Shown here: one piece after another, positions 16,954-25,159 of the stretch
How the letters are laid out: each line of letters begins with the position of its first letter
Numbering within the stretch: position 1 is the first letter of the stretch
IMG/VR virus record: IMGVR_UViG_2595698395_000001
Span: 8,370 to 72,369 of that record
DNA length: 64,000 nt
DNA from: a virus
Taxonomy: Duplodnaviria; Caudoviricetes
Strand: one strand, 5' to 3'
The notes under the pieces: model-generated
Told to the model about the DNA's origin: nothing
Seen by the model: the letters and a program-made list of their open reading frames with translations, nothing else
The model's database searches: none
Made by a program: the position numbers and the translations under genes

Positions 16954-17325
16954 ATGGAATTAACAGGAAAGTGTGAAGAAGAATTTGAAAAGTGGTTAAA
17001 AGATAGCGAATTAAATATAGATGTAGTTCCTTATGTATCTGGAGTTTATTGGAAAGTGGTTGATTTACTTAAAAGAATGCCTAACGAAATGCAATGGGGA
17101 GTTTATCAAAAATACTTTGATAGTGTAGGATTGATATTGGATATGCAGCCCGTTCTTGACTATAATGATATTTGCTATACTAAATTAAATCATTTTTTGG
17201 TAAAAGTATTTGAGTTAAACGAAACAGAACAAACAGAAATTATAATTAAAAAAACAAGAATAGAGTCTCAAAAAATATCTATAGATAAAGCAAACGAACT
17301 AAGAAACAAACAACTAAATAAATAG
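16954..17325 (+). CDS. Hypothetical phage protein
   Basis: MELTGKCEEEFEKW...QWGVY..YFDSVG. Confidence 0.65.
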   Translation: MELTGKCEEEFEKWLKDSELNIDVVPYVSGVYWKVVDLLKRMPNEMQWGVYQKYFDSVGLILDMQPVLDYNDICYTKLNHFLVKVFELNETEQTEIIIKKTRIESQKISIDKANELRNKQLNK

Positions 17326-17328
17326 ATT

Positions 17329-17583
17329 ATGTTTCCAAAAGAAAAAGCGAAAGAGTTGGTTAATAAGTTTAAAAAACATGCAGAAAGTTATTGTTCAATG
17401 AGTTCGGGTTTAGAGAGGCTTTCAATAGCTAATACTATTTTAATGAACTCTAAGCAATGCGCTAAAATTTGTGTAAAAGAAATAATAACAGAATTAAATA
17501 GTATAGAGAGTAAAGATTTAAGTGATTTACAATTTTGGAATGAGGTTGATTACGAAATAGATTCAATTCAAAATATAGATTAA
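17329..17583 (+). CDS. Hypothetical phage protein
   Basis: PKEKAKELV...KQCAKICVKEII...FWNEV. Confidence 0.65.
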   Translation: MFPKEKAKELVNKFKKHAESYCSMSSGLERLSIANTILMNSKQCAKICVKEIITELNSIESKDLSDLQFWNEVDYEIDSIQNID

Positions 17584-17802
17584 ATGAAACTATTATCTAA
17601 CGGAAAAGTAATACTAGATCCGCAAGAATACGCTAATGTATTAGAAACCATTAAAAGCCAAAAGAAGCTATTAGCAAGCAATAACTTTTACATGGAGAAA
17701 TGGACTAAAGAAATTAACGCTCTAAATAAAGAATTAGAGATTAAAGAAACTGAATTAAACGAAAGCCATTGCGGTGGATGTGTTAAAAATAAAAGAGAAT
17801 AA
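17584..17802 (+). CDS. Hypothetical coiled-coil protein
   Basis: ORF track. Confidence 0.55.
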   Translation: MKLLSNGKVILDPQEYANVLETIKSQKKLLASNNFYMEKWTKEINALNKELEIKETELNESHCGGCVKNKRE

Positions 17803-17957
17803 CTAATGAAGGAGTTAAATGAAAAAATGAATTATCATTTTGACAACATTGATAAAGAAAAGTTTAGAAACGATTGGAATAATATTGTAACTGAGTCTAT
17901 TTCTATTGATTTAGATCCTGATGAATTTATTTCTTATCACAGATAAAATATAAGGCC

Positions 17958-18269
17958 ATGAAGATACCAAAAAGCTTTAAGTTATTCGCTACTACAATAA
18001 ACGTTGAGTTCGATAGTGAGACGTTAAGCTACAACTCTACATTGGGAGACTGTAGTTTTTGCGACAACAAAATAAATCTTAGCGATAGTTATAAAGGAAA
18101 TCCTATTCCAGAATCAACAATTGTTGACACGTTTTATCACGAGCGAACACATGTTATACTCGATGCAATGGGAAGACACGAGTTATCTCAGGACGAAGAA
18201 TTTGTTGAGGTATTCTCTAGGCTCCTAAGACAAGCAGACGAGACTGCGGAATTTGATAAAAGAGAGTAA
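17958..18269 (+). CDS. Zincin-like metallopeptidase-fold protein
   Basis: HExxH motif FYHERTH. Confidence 0.65.
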   Translation: MKIPKSFKLFATTINVEFDSETLSYNSTLGDCSFCDNKINLSDSYKGNPIPESTIVDTFYHERTHVILDAMGRHELSQDEEFVEVFSRLLRQADETAEFDKRE

Positions 18270-18275
18270 CCCTTA

Positions 18276-18746
18276 ATGGACGGAAGAAAACTGCTTGCGG
18301 AGATTGATGCGTACGCTTCCAAGTGTTGGAGGCGTATCAATACCCATTACGGTTATTTTACGTACAGCTTTAGTTCCTACAGGCATAAAGTTATGATTGA
18401 CGATCTTAAAATGAAAGAGTTAATCAATGACTGCGAAGAAGGAAAAATTAGTTACCAGGACATTGTATTTTTTATCAAAATAGTAACCATGCTAAAATTT
18501 AGCAGAGAATTTCACGAAGCTGCAGTGGTCCGGATAACCAAAGAAGACATGAAAGGATTCTGTAATAACAACTCATACAAGTCTAGTAAAGAAAAACTTA
18601 TAGAGTATAAGCTATTGATACCTACCATTAGCCGGAACCATTTCATAATCAACCCAAGGTACATCAATAAGTTCTACAAAACTAAGGTTGATATGTCGCC
18701 AGAGGACTTCAAAGAGTATAAGGAAAAACGATTGAATAAAGAGTAA
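18276..18746 (+). CDS. Possible winged-helix DNA-binding protein
   Basis: KLIEYKLL....HFIINP pattern; family uncertain. Confidence 0.4.
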   Translation: MDGRKLLAEIDAYASKCWRRINTHYGYFTYSFSSYRHKVMIDDLKMKELINDCEEGKISYQDIVFFIKIVTMLKFSREFHEAAVVRITKEDMKGFCNNNSYKSSKEKLIEYKLLIPTISRNHFIINPRYINKFYKTKVDMSPEDFKEYKEKRLNKE

Positions 18747-18853
18747 CTATAGAATTTTCAAATAGTTACTCTTTTTTTTGTTCCAAATCCCGTATAAACC
18801 ACTTTTTTGGTTATATTTGCTTTATACTTATTACAAATTAAACGGGAAACAGT

Positions 18854-19111
18854 ATGAATCACGAATTGAAAGTTCAACAAGTAGTATTAAGCGGAGACGA
18901 TTACTTGAATCTACACAGAACTATAACGGCATTAGAAAAACAGAATGCAGATCAGATTAAGATTATCAATAATTTGCAAGACCTACACATTAAAATGCGC
19001 GCGAATGGAATAGGTATTGATGATAGTGCGTATGGAGCAAAAAAAATAGTTGTCTTAAACCAATTTAACGATGAAGCTACTCTTAGTATTCGCGTTCAAT
19101 CTAGAGATTAA
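18854..19111 (+). CDS. Hypothetical protein
   Basis: Preceded by TATATTTG (18812-18819) and a CGGGAAA leader. Confidence 0.55.
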   Translation: MNHELKVQQVVLSGDDYLNLHRTITALEKQNADQIKIINNLQDLHIKMRANGIGIDDSAYGAKKIVVLNQFNDEATLSIRVQSRD

Positions 19112-19129
19112 TCACAAACAATAAATAAA

Positions 19130-19414
19130 ATGGCAAGATCAAAAAAATCGACTCCGGCAAGCGGAGATGAATTAGACTTAACAACAAGTGCTAAGGCTAA
19201 AGAAGAAGTTACTCCAACTAAAGAGATTGAGGTAAAGGAACCGGAAACAGTAGAAACTCCCAAGGAAGAGGTTGTAGCTAAACCTGCAAAGATCGAGTGG
19301 GACATTAAGAAGTTAGCTACTCAGAAAACAATAACAGTTATTACAAACTATATCAACAAAGGAGCAGTAGACTCTACGGAGTTAGAAGCGTTGTTAGATA
19401 GCTGTGTAAAGTAA
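19130..19414 (+). CDS. Hypothetical protein with acidic/Pro-rich linker
   Basis: ORF track. Confidence 0.6.
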   Translation: MARSKKSTPASGDELDLTTSAKAKEEVTPTKEIEVKEPETVETPKEEVVAKPAKIEWDIKKLATQKTITVITNYINKGAVDSTELEALLDSCVK

Positions 19415-19426
19415 TACAGTAGTGTT

Positions 19427-19507
19427 TAGGCAGTATATTATAATGATGAAGTTGGTACATCACCCAGTTTGGTTTATAAGTCGTGGGTTCGAGTCCCACC
19501 TGCCTAT
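19427..19507 (+). ncRNA. tRNA-like element or pseudo-tRNA
   Basis: Acceptor TAGGCAG/CTGCCTA, T-arm GTGGG-TTCGAGT-CCCAC, D-like arm TGATG-AAGTTGGTA-CATCA, but no pairing anticodon stem. Confidence 0.55.
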
Positions 19508-19533
19508 CTAAATAATTAATAAATCGGGAAAAG

Positions 19534-19890
19534 ATGACAAATAGATTTAAAGAGGCTAATTCAAGAGTTATACAGTGGGCGGCAGTAAAAGGAATTTTAG
19601 CCAAGGCAACTCCTTTAACTCAACACTCTAAAACAGAAGAAGAGGTTGCGGAACTTAAAGAGGCTTTATACTTCAAAAACAATGACGTTGTTAGTTATAA
19701 AAACTCGAAAGGAAAATCGGTATATACTGACGAAGAAGTTAAGGATGCTATAGGAGATATATTAGTTACTTTATTAATACAATGTGGACTTCAGGATTTA
19801 GATCCATTAGACTGCCTAGAATCGGCTTTAGATGTGATCGAAAACCGTACAGGCAGAATGGTTAATGGTCAATTCGTTAAAGATGAATAA
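19534..19890 (+). CDS. MazG-like nucleotide pyrophosphohydrolase
   Basis: KTEEEVAEL...VKDAIGDILVTL...RTGRMVNGQFVK. Confidence 0.85.
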   Translation: MTNRFKEANSRVIQWAAVKGILAKATPLTQHSKTEEEVAELKEALYFKNNDVVSYKNSKGKSVYTDEEVKDAIGDILVTLLIQCGLQDLDPLDCLESALDVIENRTGRMVNGQFVKDE

Positions 19891-20185
19891 ATCTAAAGAA
19901 AACTTTACCACTATCATGTCATCTTTGCAGCAGCAGCACGACTCGGACATTCAGTTTGCAAAGGATGCAAGTATACTACTTAAATCAGAAGTTAACCCTT
20001 ACAATAACTCACTACTTGTAAAACTATTGGTAGACGTTATGGCTTCTTGGTTTGGTGCAGAAGATTCCAAAGACCGCATAAACCACTTCATGTACGGAAT
20101 GGATTTTGGAAGATATAAAGAAAAAGAGGTCGTATCAATAAATGACCTATGGGATTCACTAGTAAAAAACAGCCAAAATGAATAA
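19865..20185 (+). CDS. Hypothetical phage protein
   Basis: INHFMYGMDFG motif; true start probably the second Met. Confidence 0.6.
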   Translation: MVNSLKMNKSKENFTTIMSSLQQQHDSDIQFAKDASILLKSEVNPYNNSLLVKLLVDVMASWFGAEDSKDRINHFMYGMDFGRYKEKEVVSINDLWDSLVKNSQNE

Positions 20186-20417
20186 TATAGAATGGATTCC
20201 TGTAAAGAGCTCACAGATTAAAGAGATAGGCCACGACGGGGACTTAACACTTTACATTAAGTTTAAAAGAAAAGATACGGTTTATTCATACTGGCCGATA
20301 GAAAATATACAGTTCATTGAGTTCAAGGATGCGGAAAGCATTGGAAGCTATTTCCATCAAAACTTAAAAATGAACAAGACTCTTGTTATCACCAACGAGA
20401 GTAAGAAAAATACGTAG
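20178..20417 (+). CDS. KTSC domain protein
   Basis: VKSSQIKEIGH...LYIKF....YSY...AESIGSYFHQN. Confidence 0.85.
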   Translation: MNNIEWIPVKSSQIKEIGHDGDLTLYIKFKRKDTVYSYWPIENIQFIEFKDAESIGSYFHQNLKMNKTLVITNESKKNT

Positions 20418-20694
20418 CCTAATTGGAGATTTAAAATTTACCTGTCTGTAGATTGGATTGTCGGTATGGTTGTTTCATAAGTTCGGAGCTAATTAGGTGA
20501 TATATTCATAAACTCCTACAAATATCGATTTGACTGGCTTACCAGTGAAAAGTAACTGGTTTTTTAATTTCAAACAAATGAATTGTACATATTGCGATAA
20601 GCTAATACCACCTGACCAAGAAAGATACTTAGGTGAAAGTGAATTGGCATTTTGCGAAGAGTGCTTTAAGATAATAAATTAAACTAAGGGAAAA

Positions 20695-21276
20695 ATGCAA
20701 AAAGAATTTACAACAGAACAATTATTGGATCAACACATCAAGAATAAAAACGGTGTAATTTTCAATGTGTTCTTACACGAGACTAGAAACGATATTTGTT
20801 ACTTAAGAAGAGCTAATAAATACACTAGGAAAAACATAAGAGAAATTAAGCAAGGAATTGTTGACGGCACCTGGATTAGAATCAATGAACACGAATTAAA
20901 AAAGTTCATGAAAGAGGATAACGATAAAATGATTAGCCTTACTAGAAAAATGGTAAAGAGAACTATCATTACTCAACTTCTATTAGAGGGAGACGACGAA
21001 CTTAAAGTGGATTACGAAGACGATAAGTACTTTAAGAGCACACTAGAGAAGAGTAATCGAGAATGTGAGCGCATAGCATCAAGACAATTCGATAAGGTGT
21101 ATGACGCGGATAATGTGACTTCCCAAAACCTAATGAATGCCGTTGACCGAGTTACAACAAAACTAGCAAGCCTAGATATTTCAGATTATCCATTCTTTGA
21201 GAACTTAATTGACGATTATTTCGCCAATAGAGAAGAGCACTTAAAAAGAGAAACATTTTTTACTAAAGTAGATTAA
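20695..21276 (+). CDS. Hypothetical protein
   Basis: ORF track. Confidence 0.6.
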   Translation: MQKEFTTEQLLDQHIKNKNGVIFNVFLHETRNDICYLRRANKYTRKNIREIKQGIVDGTWIRINEHELKKFMKEDNDKMISLTRKMVKRTIITQLLLEGDDELKVDYEDDKYFKSTLEKSNRECERIASRQFDKVYDADNVTSQNLMNAVDRVTTKLASLDISDYPFFENLIDDYFANREEHLKRETFFTKVD

Positions 21277-21281
21277 CATAA

Positions 21282-21731
21282 ATGCTAACATTAACAATAT
21301 TAGGGACGCCAATACCAAAACAATCTGCTAGGTTTAGAATAGTTAAAGGGAAAGGGAAAGGGAATTGGATTTCATCTTACCAAAAGAAATCTGTTAAAGA
21401 TGCAGCCAAAAGTATAGCCGACCAGATAAGAGAGCAATTGCCAAAAGGATTTGAAATAATTGACAGCCCTATTCAAATGGATATTCTGTTTGTGTTTCCT
21501 CCATTAAAATCTTGGAGTAAGAAAAAAGTAAAACAACTAAAAGACGGAGAAACTATATACAAAGACACTAAACCAGATATAGATAACACTACTAAAAATT
21601 TATTAGATGCAATGGAGAAATTAGTTTTTGCTAATGATTCTAGGATTTGCAGAATAAGGATTCAAAAAATATATGGATTTGAGCCAAGAACCGAAGTTAA
21701 CTTAAAAGAAATTTATCATGAAACCAATTAA
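21282..21731 (+). CDS. rusA: RusA-family Holliday junction resolvase
   Basis: GTPIPKQSAR...KPDIDN..K.LLDA.....ND. Confidence 0.88.
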   Translation: MLTLTILGTPIPKQSARFRIVKGKGKGNWISSYQKKSVKDAAKSIADQIREQLPKGFEIIDSPIQMDILFVFPPLKSWSKKKVKQLKDGETIYKDTKPDIDNTTKNLLDAMEKLVFANDSRICRIRIQKIYGFEPRTEVNLKEIYHETN

Positions 21732-21966
21732 AAAACAAATATTTGCTGAGATAGTAGATAACGAGACTACACAATCTGGAATAATCATTGTTGGAGAATC
21801 TTCTGTTAAAAGAAATATTGCCAAGGTTATAGCTATCGGATCGCAAGTAGAAAATGTGAAAGTTGGTGATACTATCGACTACAACAAATTTGAAGCTACA
21901 GAATACACACACGAAGGTAAAAAGTGTATCTTTGTTAAAGAAGTAGGAACGCTATTTATACACTAA
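21718..21966 (+). CDS. groES: GroES-like co-chaperonin
   Basis: TQSGIII...KVIAIG..V..VKVGD. Confidence 0.8.
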   Translation: MKPIKKQIFAEIVDNETTQSGIIIVGESSVKRNIAKVIAIGSQVENVKVGDTIDYNKFEATEYTHEGKKCIFVKEVGTLFIH

Positions 21967-21969
21967 TGC

Positions 21970-22218
21970 ATGATTACACTAAATGTTTTTATTTATCCGG
22001 AAGATGATATAACTAGAATAGAAAACGACATTGATCCAATAACTCCAATGGACCAATGTGAATACTTAGAGTGCACGTTTTACCAAATAGCATACGTTAG
22101 GAGGTATGATGATAATTTCGCAGAAGTTGGAAGCAACGGAGAATCATTTGTTGTCGCGCACTCTATGGAAGAAGTAAATATGAAAATACAATTAGATGGT
22201 GCAATATACCTAAACTAA
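21970..22218 (+). CDS. Hypothetical acidic protein
   Basis: ORF track. Confidence 0.55.
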   Translation: MITLNVFIYPEDDITRIENDIDPITPMDQCEYLECTFYQIAYVRRYDDNFAEVGSNGESFVVAHSMEEVNMKIQLDGAIYLN

Positions 22219-22841
22219 TAAAGTTTTTCCCTGAACTTATCTGGACTACGCTTAGATTCTGTTTTTAATTTAAGCATAAGTTTTTCTCTAATTCTATCAA
22301 TCCTAGAAACCTTACTACTTCTAAAAGGGTTTAAATCAGATTTGATAGTTATTGTTTTTTCTCCAGAAAGATACTTGTAGAAATCCATTACCGCGTTCAA
22401 AGACCTTTCGGTTAACTTATAAATATTACCTGCGCTATCCACCTTCTTAACACACAACTCAATATATCCTAAATCCTCCATAGTTTTTATATGGAGGTTG
22501 TGTTGTTTTAGTCCTAGTTGCCTAAAATCATCTAATGTAAAAAACTGAATAGGGAACAAATAAAGCAATGCTTCTAGTTCCGAATAATGTTTGATGTTAT
22601 ATAGTTTGCATATAAACGGCCTTACAACAATCAAATGCTGCAGCAGATTATACCCTTCCACAAAATTATAGAGAACAGTCTTATCTTCTCGATTGTATTT
22701 CCTCTTCAATTTTGGATTAGAACTACTGTTTGAAATTTTAGCCTTGTTTGCTATAATAGTTTTTCTGGTACTTTCACTTAAATTCGCAAGTGCTTCTTTA
22801 TCAGATAATTCTCCTTTCTTCAATTTTAAATCTTTTTTCAT
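22215..22841 (-). CDS. Probable winged-helix (MarR-like) transcriptional regulator, divergent from the late promoter
   Basis: ELEALLYL...TMEDLGYIE....IYKLTER; own TATTTTTG box at 22871-22878 on the minus strand. Confidence 0.55.
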   Translation of the reverse strand: MKKDLKLKKGELSDKEALANLSESTRKTIIANKAKISNSSSNPKLKRKYNREDKTVLYNFVEGYNLLQHLIVVRPFICKLYNIKHYSELEALLYLFPIQFFTLDDFRQLGLKQHNLHIKTMEDLGYIELCVKKVDSAGNIYKLTERSLNAVMDFYKYLSGEKTITIKSDLNPFRSSKVSRIDRIREKLMLKLKTESKRSPDKFREKLY

Positions 22842-22903
22842 GAAATTTATGATATAATAGTTTTATATTACAAAAATACACTTATTAATATAAATATATT
22901 TTA

Positions 22904-22911
22904 TACTTTTG
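22904..22911 (+). promoter_or_regulatory. -7 promoter element of the late operon
   Basis: TACTTTTG fits TAnnTTTG. Confidence 0.55.
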
Positions 22912-22939
22912 TAGTATTCAATAGAAAAAACCTATAGCA

Positions 22940-23272
22940 ATGTCATTAATCAACGATGAAGCAATTTACGCTTTAACACAAATGGTCGAAGGAGGCACTG
23001 TTTTAGGCTCTTTACCAAAAACACATCCTACTAATCCAGGAGGTACCGTTCAATATTCTGTTTCAGGAATATTAGACTTCATAACAGGAAAATTAGATTT
23101 CGTACACTACAATAACGCAACAAGAGCAGGGCAGACTGTTTTAATAAACGATCCAGATTTACCAGAAACTTACTTGGCCGCAATAAACGATGGAGCAAAA
23201 TGTATTTGCACACTTAAGGTTTATCCTCCTACTTCAGATTCAGATGTTTCATTCATTGTAAAACTTAGGTAG
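22940..23272 (+). CDS. Hypothetical, possible virion protein
   Basis: First ORF of the late operon. Confidence 0.55.
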   Translation: MSLINDEAIYALTQMVEGGTVLGSLPKTHPTNPGGTVQYSVSGILDFITGKLDFVHYNNATRAGQTVLINDPDLPETYLAAINDGAKCICTLKVYPPTSDSDVSFIVKLR

Positions 23273-23274
23273 AT

Positions 23275-23487
23275 ATGGCAACAACAGTATTAATAATTTC
23301 TTCTGCGGCATTAGCAATAAGCATATACTCAGCATTCTTTAAAAAACCTCACACAAAAATAGATGGTAAAAGAATACTTACAATTTTGGATTCAGAAATG
23401 AATGTATCAACTAAGATTGTTGGAGACAAAAGAGTATTGGTTGACGAGCAAGGAGAAGTTTTAGATAAAAAACGAATCAACATATAA
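23275..23487 (+). CDS. Small membrane-anchored protein
   Basis: N-terminal hydrophobic helix. Confidence 0.55.
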   Translation: MATTVLIISSAALAISIYSAFFKKPHTKIDGKRILTILDSEMNVSTKIVGDKRVLVDEQGEVLDKKRINI

Positions 23488-23494
23488 CGCAACA

Positions 23495-24916
23495 ATGAAA
23501 AATAAAATAACCATAATAATGATTTTGATGTCTATATCTTTCGGATATTCTCAGGTGTTGGTACCAGAGAATACCGGTTACGGATATGACAACTTAACAA
23601 CTGTAGAGCTAAATGCTCTTACCAAAAAGAAGGTAGGGGATATTTATTACAATGCAGATTTAGGGTATCACGTAAAATGGAACGGAGTAATCTTTGAAAG
23701 TTTAGCTAGTGGTATTTCAGGAATAGATCCTGCTGACCAGGATAAGCTTAACAATATTTCAATTACTCAGCCGGTTAATTTAGATACTGTAGAATCTTTA
23801 GCTAATTCAGCATTACAAACAGAAACCGATCCAACAACTACTCCGGACAACATAAAATCAAAATTAGAATCACTTACCGGAACAAATAGATTAGATGCTT
23901 TTGCTATAAAGAACTTATCAGCACAAGAAACGGACCCTAACTTAACTAAATCTAACGTAGAAGGCTTAGGAATTAGCTATACAAGTTTAAGTGATGTTCC
24001 TGCTGTTAGCCCGCCTTTAACTTTTGGAACAGGATTAACGAGGACTGGCGACAACATTGTTTTAGATAACCCATTTACAACAGCAAACGAAACGACATTA
24101 AATAGTGCGTTACAATCAGAAACAGACCCTTTATATTCTGCATGGGATAAGGAGTATACTGATTTAATAAATAGACCTGTAAACTTAATCACATACGACC
24201 CGTTAACCGCACAAGATGTGCAAATAAGCGTTTTAGGTGGTAGCGATTCAGAAAGTTATATTTTAGAGTTCGACCCAAACGGTTATGATTATAGTGGTGA
24301 ACCAAGCGGAACAGGAACAGTGTCTCAAACAATTATAGACGGAGATACTAATGCGGTTAGTGGAAACGCTGTTTTTGATGGATTAAGCAGTAAATTGAAC
24401 TTGTCAGGTGGCACAATGACTGGCGAATTGGATTTAAGTTTATTAATGCCATCTTCTGCTGTTAGTTTTATTGGGTCAAATACAGACCCTTTTTCTTCTG
24501 GATCATTCAAAGACTTTAACGTATCAGATGGTTCTACTTTAATTGATTATCAATTTTCTCCAACTTCTACAGCTCTATCTATAAGAACAAACACACTAGT
24601 GAATCAAACGGCTTATACTGCAAAATACACACTACCGCACACAGGAACACCAGTTAACGATACTGATTTAATTACTAAAGGTTATGCGGATGCTACTTAC
24701 GGTTCTGGTGGAGGTGATAATTTAGGTAATCATTTAGCTACGGAAGATATAGAAATGGATGGTTTTTGGTTAAGAGATGTCGGAAACATTACTAGTCAGA
24801 ATGGATTTATAGGAATAGCCACAATAGAAGGATTAAATTCAACTAGTTTTTTAACTATTACAGGAGATGCAACAGTAAGAAATAGATTTACTTTTTTCCT
24901 AGAAACGAAAGTCTAG
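23495..24916 (+). CDS. Tail-fibre-like protein with Sec signal peptide; likely extends to 25155 via -1 frameshift
   Basis: MKNKITIIMILMSISFGYS-Q; three ETDP repeats, LSGGTMTG, DLITKGYAD, GDNLGNH fibre motifs. Confidence 0.7.
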   Translation: MKNKITIIMILMSISFGYSQVLVPENTGYGYDNLTTVELNALTKKKVGDIYYNADLGYHVKWNGVIFESLASGISGIDPADQDKLNNISITQPVNLDTVESLANSALQTETDPTTTPDNIKSKLESLTGTNRLDAFAIKNLSAQETDPNLTKSNVEGLGISYTSLSDVPAVSPPLTFGTGLTRTGDNIVLDNPFTTANETTLNSALQSETDPLYSAWDKEYTDLINRPVNLITYDPLTAQDVQISVLGGSDSESYILEFDPNGYDYSGEPSGTGTVSQTIIDGDTNAVSGNAVFDGLSSKLNLSGGTMTGELDLSLLMPSSAVSFIGSNTDPFSSGSFKDFNVSDGSTLIDYQFSPTSTALSIRTNTLVNQTAYTAKYTLPHTGTPVNDTDLITKGYADATYGSGGGDNLGNHLATEDIEMDGFWLRDVGNITSQNGFIGIATIEGLNSTSFLTITGDATVRNRFTFFLETKV

Positions 24917-24939
24917 ATAATGGAGTTCCTAGTGAAGGA

Positions 24940-25155
24940 ATGGTGTATTGGAATAGTTTAGAAAACAGGTTAAAGGCTTATGACGGAACAAGTTATAAAA
25001 ACTTTTTACTAGACGGAGACGAAAGAACAAGCGGAACAACGGCTAACAGACCAAGTTCACCAGCTACGGGAAAATTCTACTTAGATACTACTCTTAATTT
25101 ACCAATATGGTATAACGGCACAAACTGGATAGACGCAACAGGAACAACAAGATAA
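24940..25155 (+). CDS. Fibre C-terminal segment (probably the frameshifted continuation of 23495)
   Basis: SGTTANRPS...G.FYLDTTL..PIWYNGTNWIDATG. Confidence 0.6.
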   Translation: MVYWNSLENRLKAYDGTSYKNFLLDGDERTSGTTANRPSSPATGKFYLDTTLNLPIWYNGTNWIDATGTTR

Positions 25156-25159
25156 GAAA

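Noticed and set aside
20414-20570. Possible ncRNA (CCTAATT...AATTAGG long hairpin) after the KTSC gene
   Set aside because: Only a 7-bp closing stem and a terminator-like CCAGT/ACTGG hairpin; no recognisable family features, so too weak to call.
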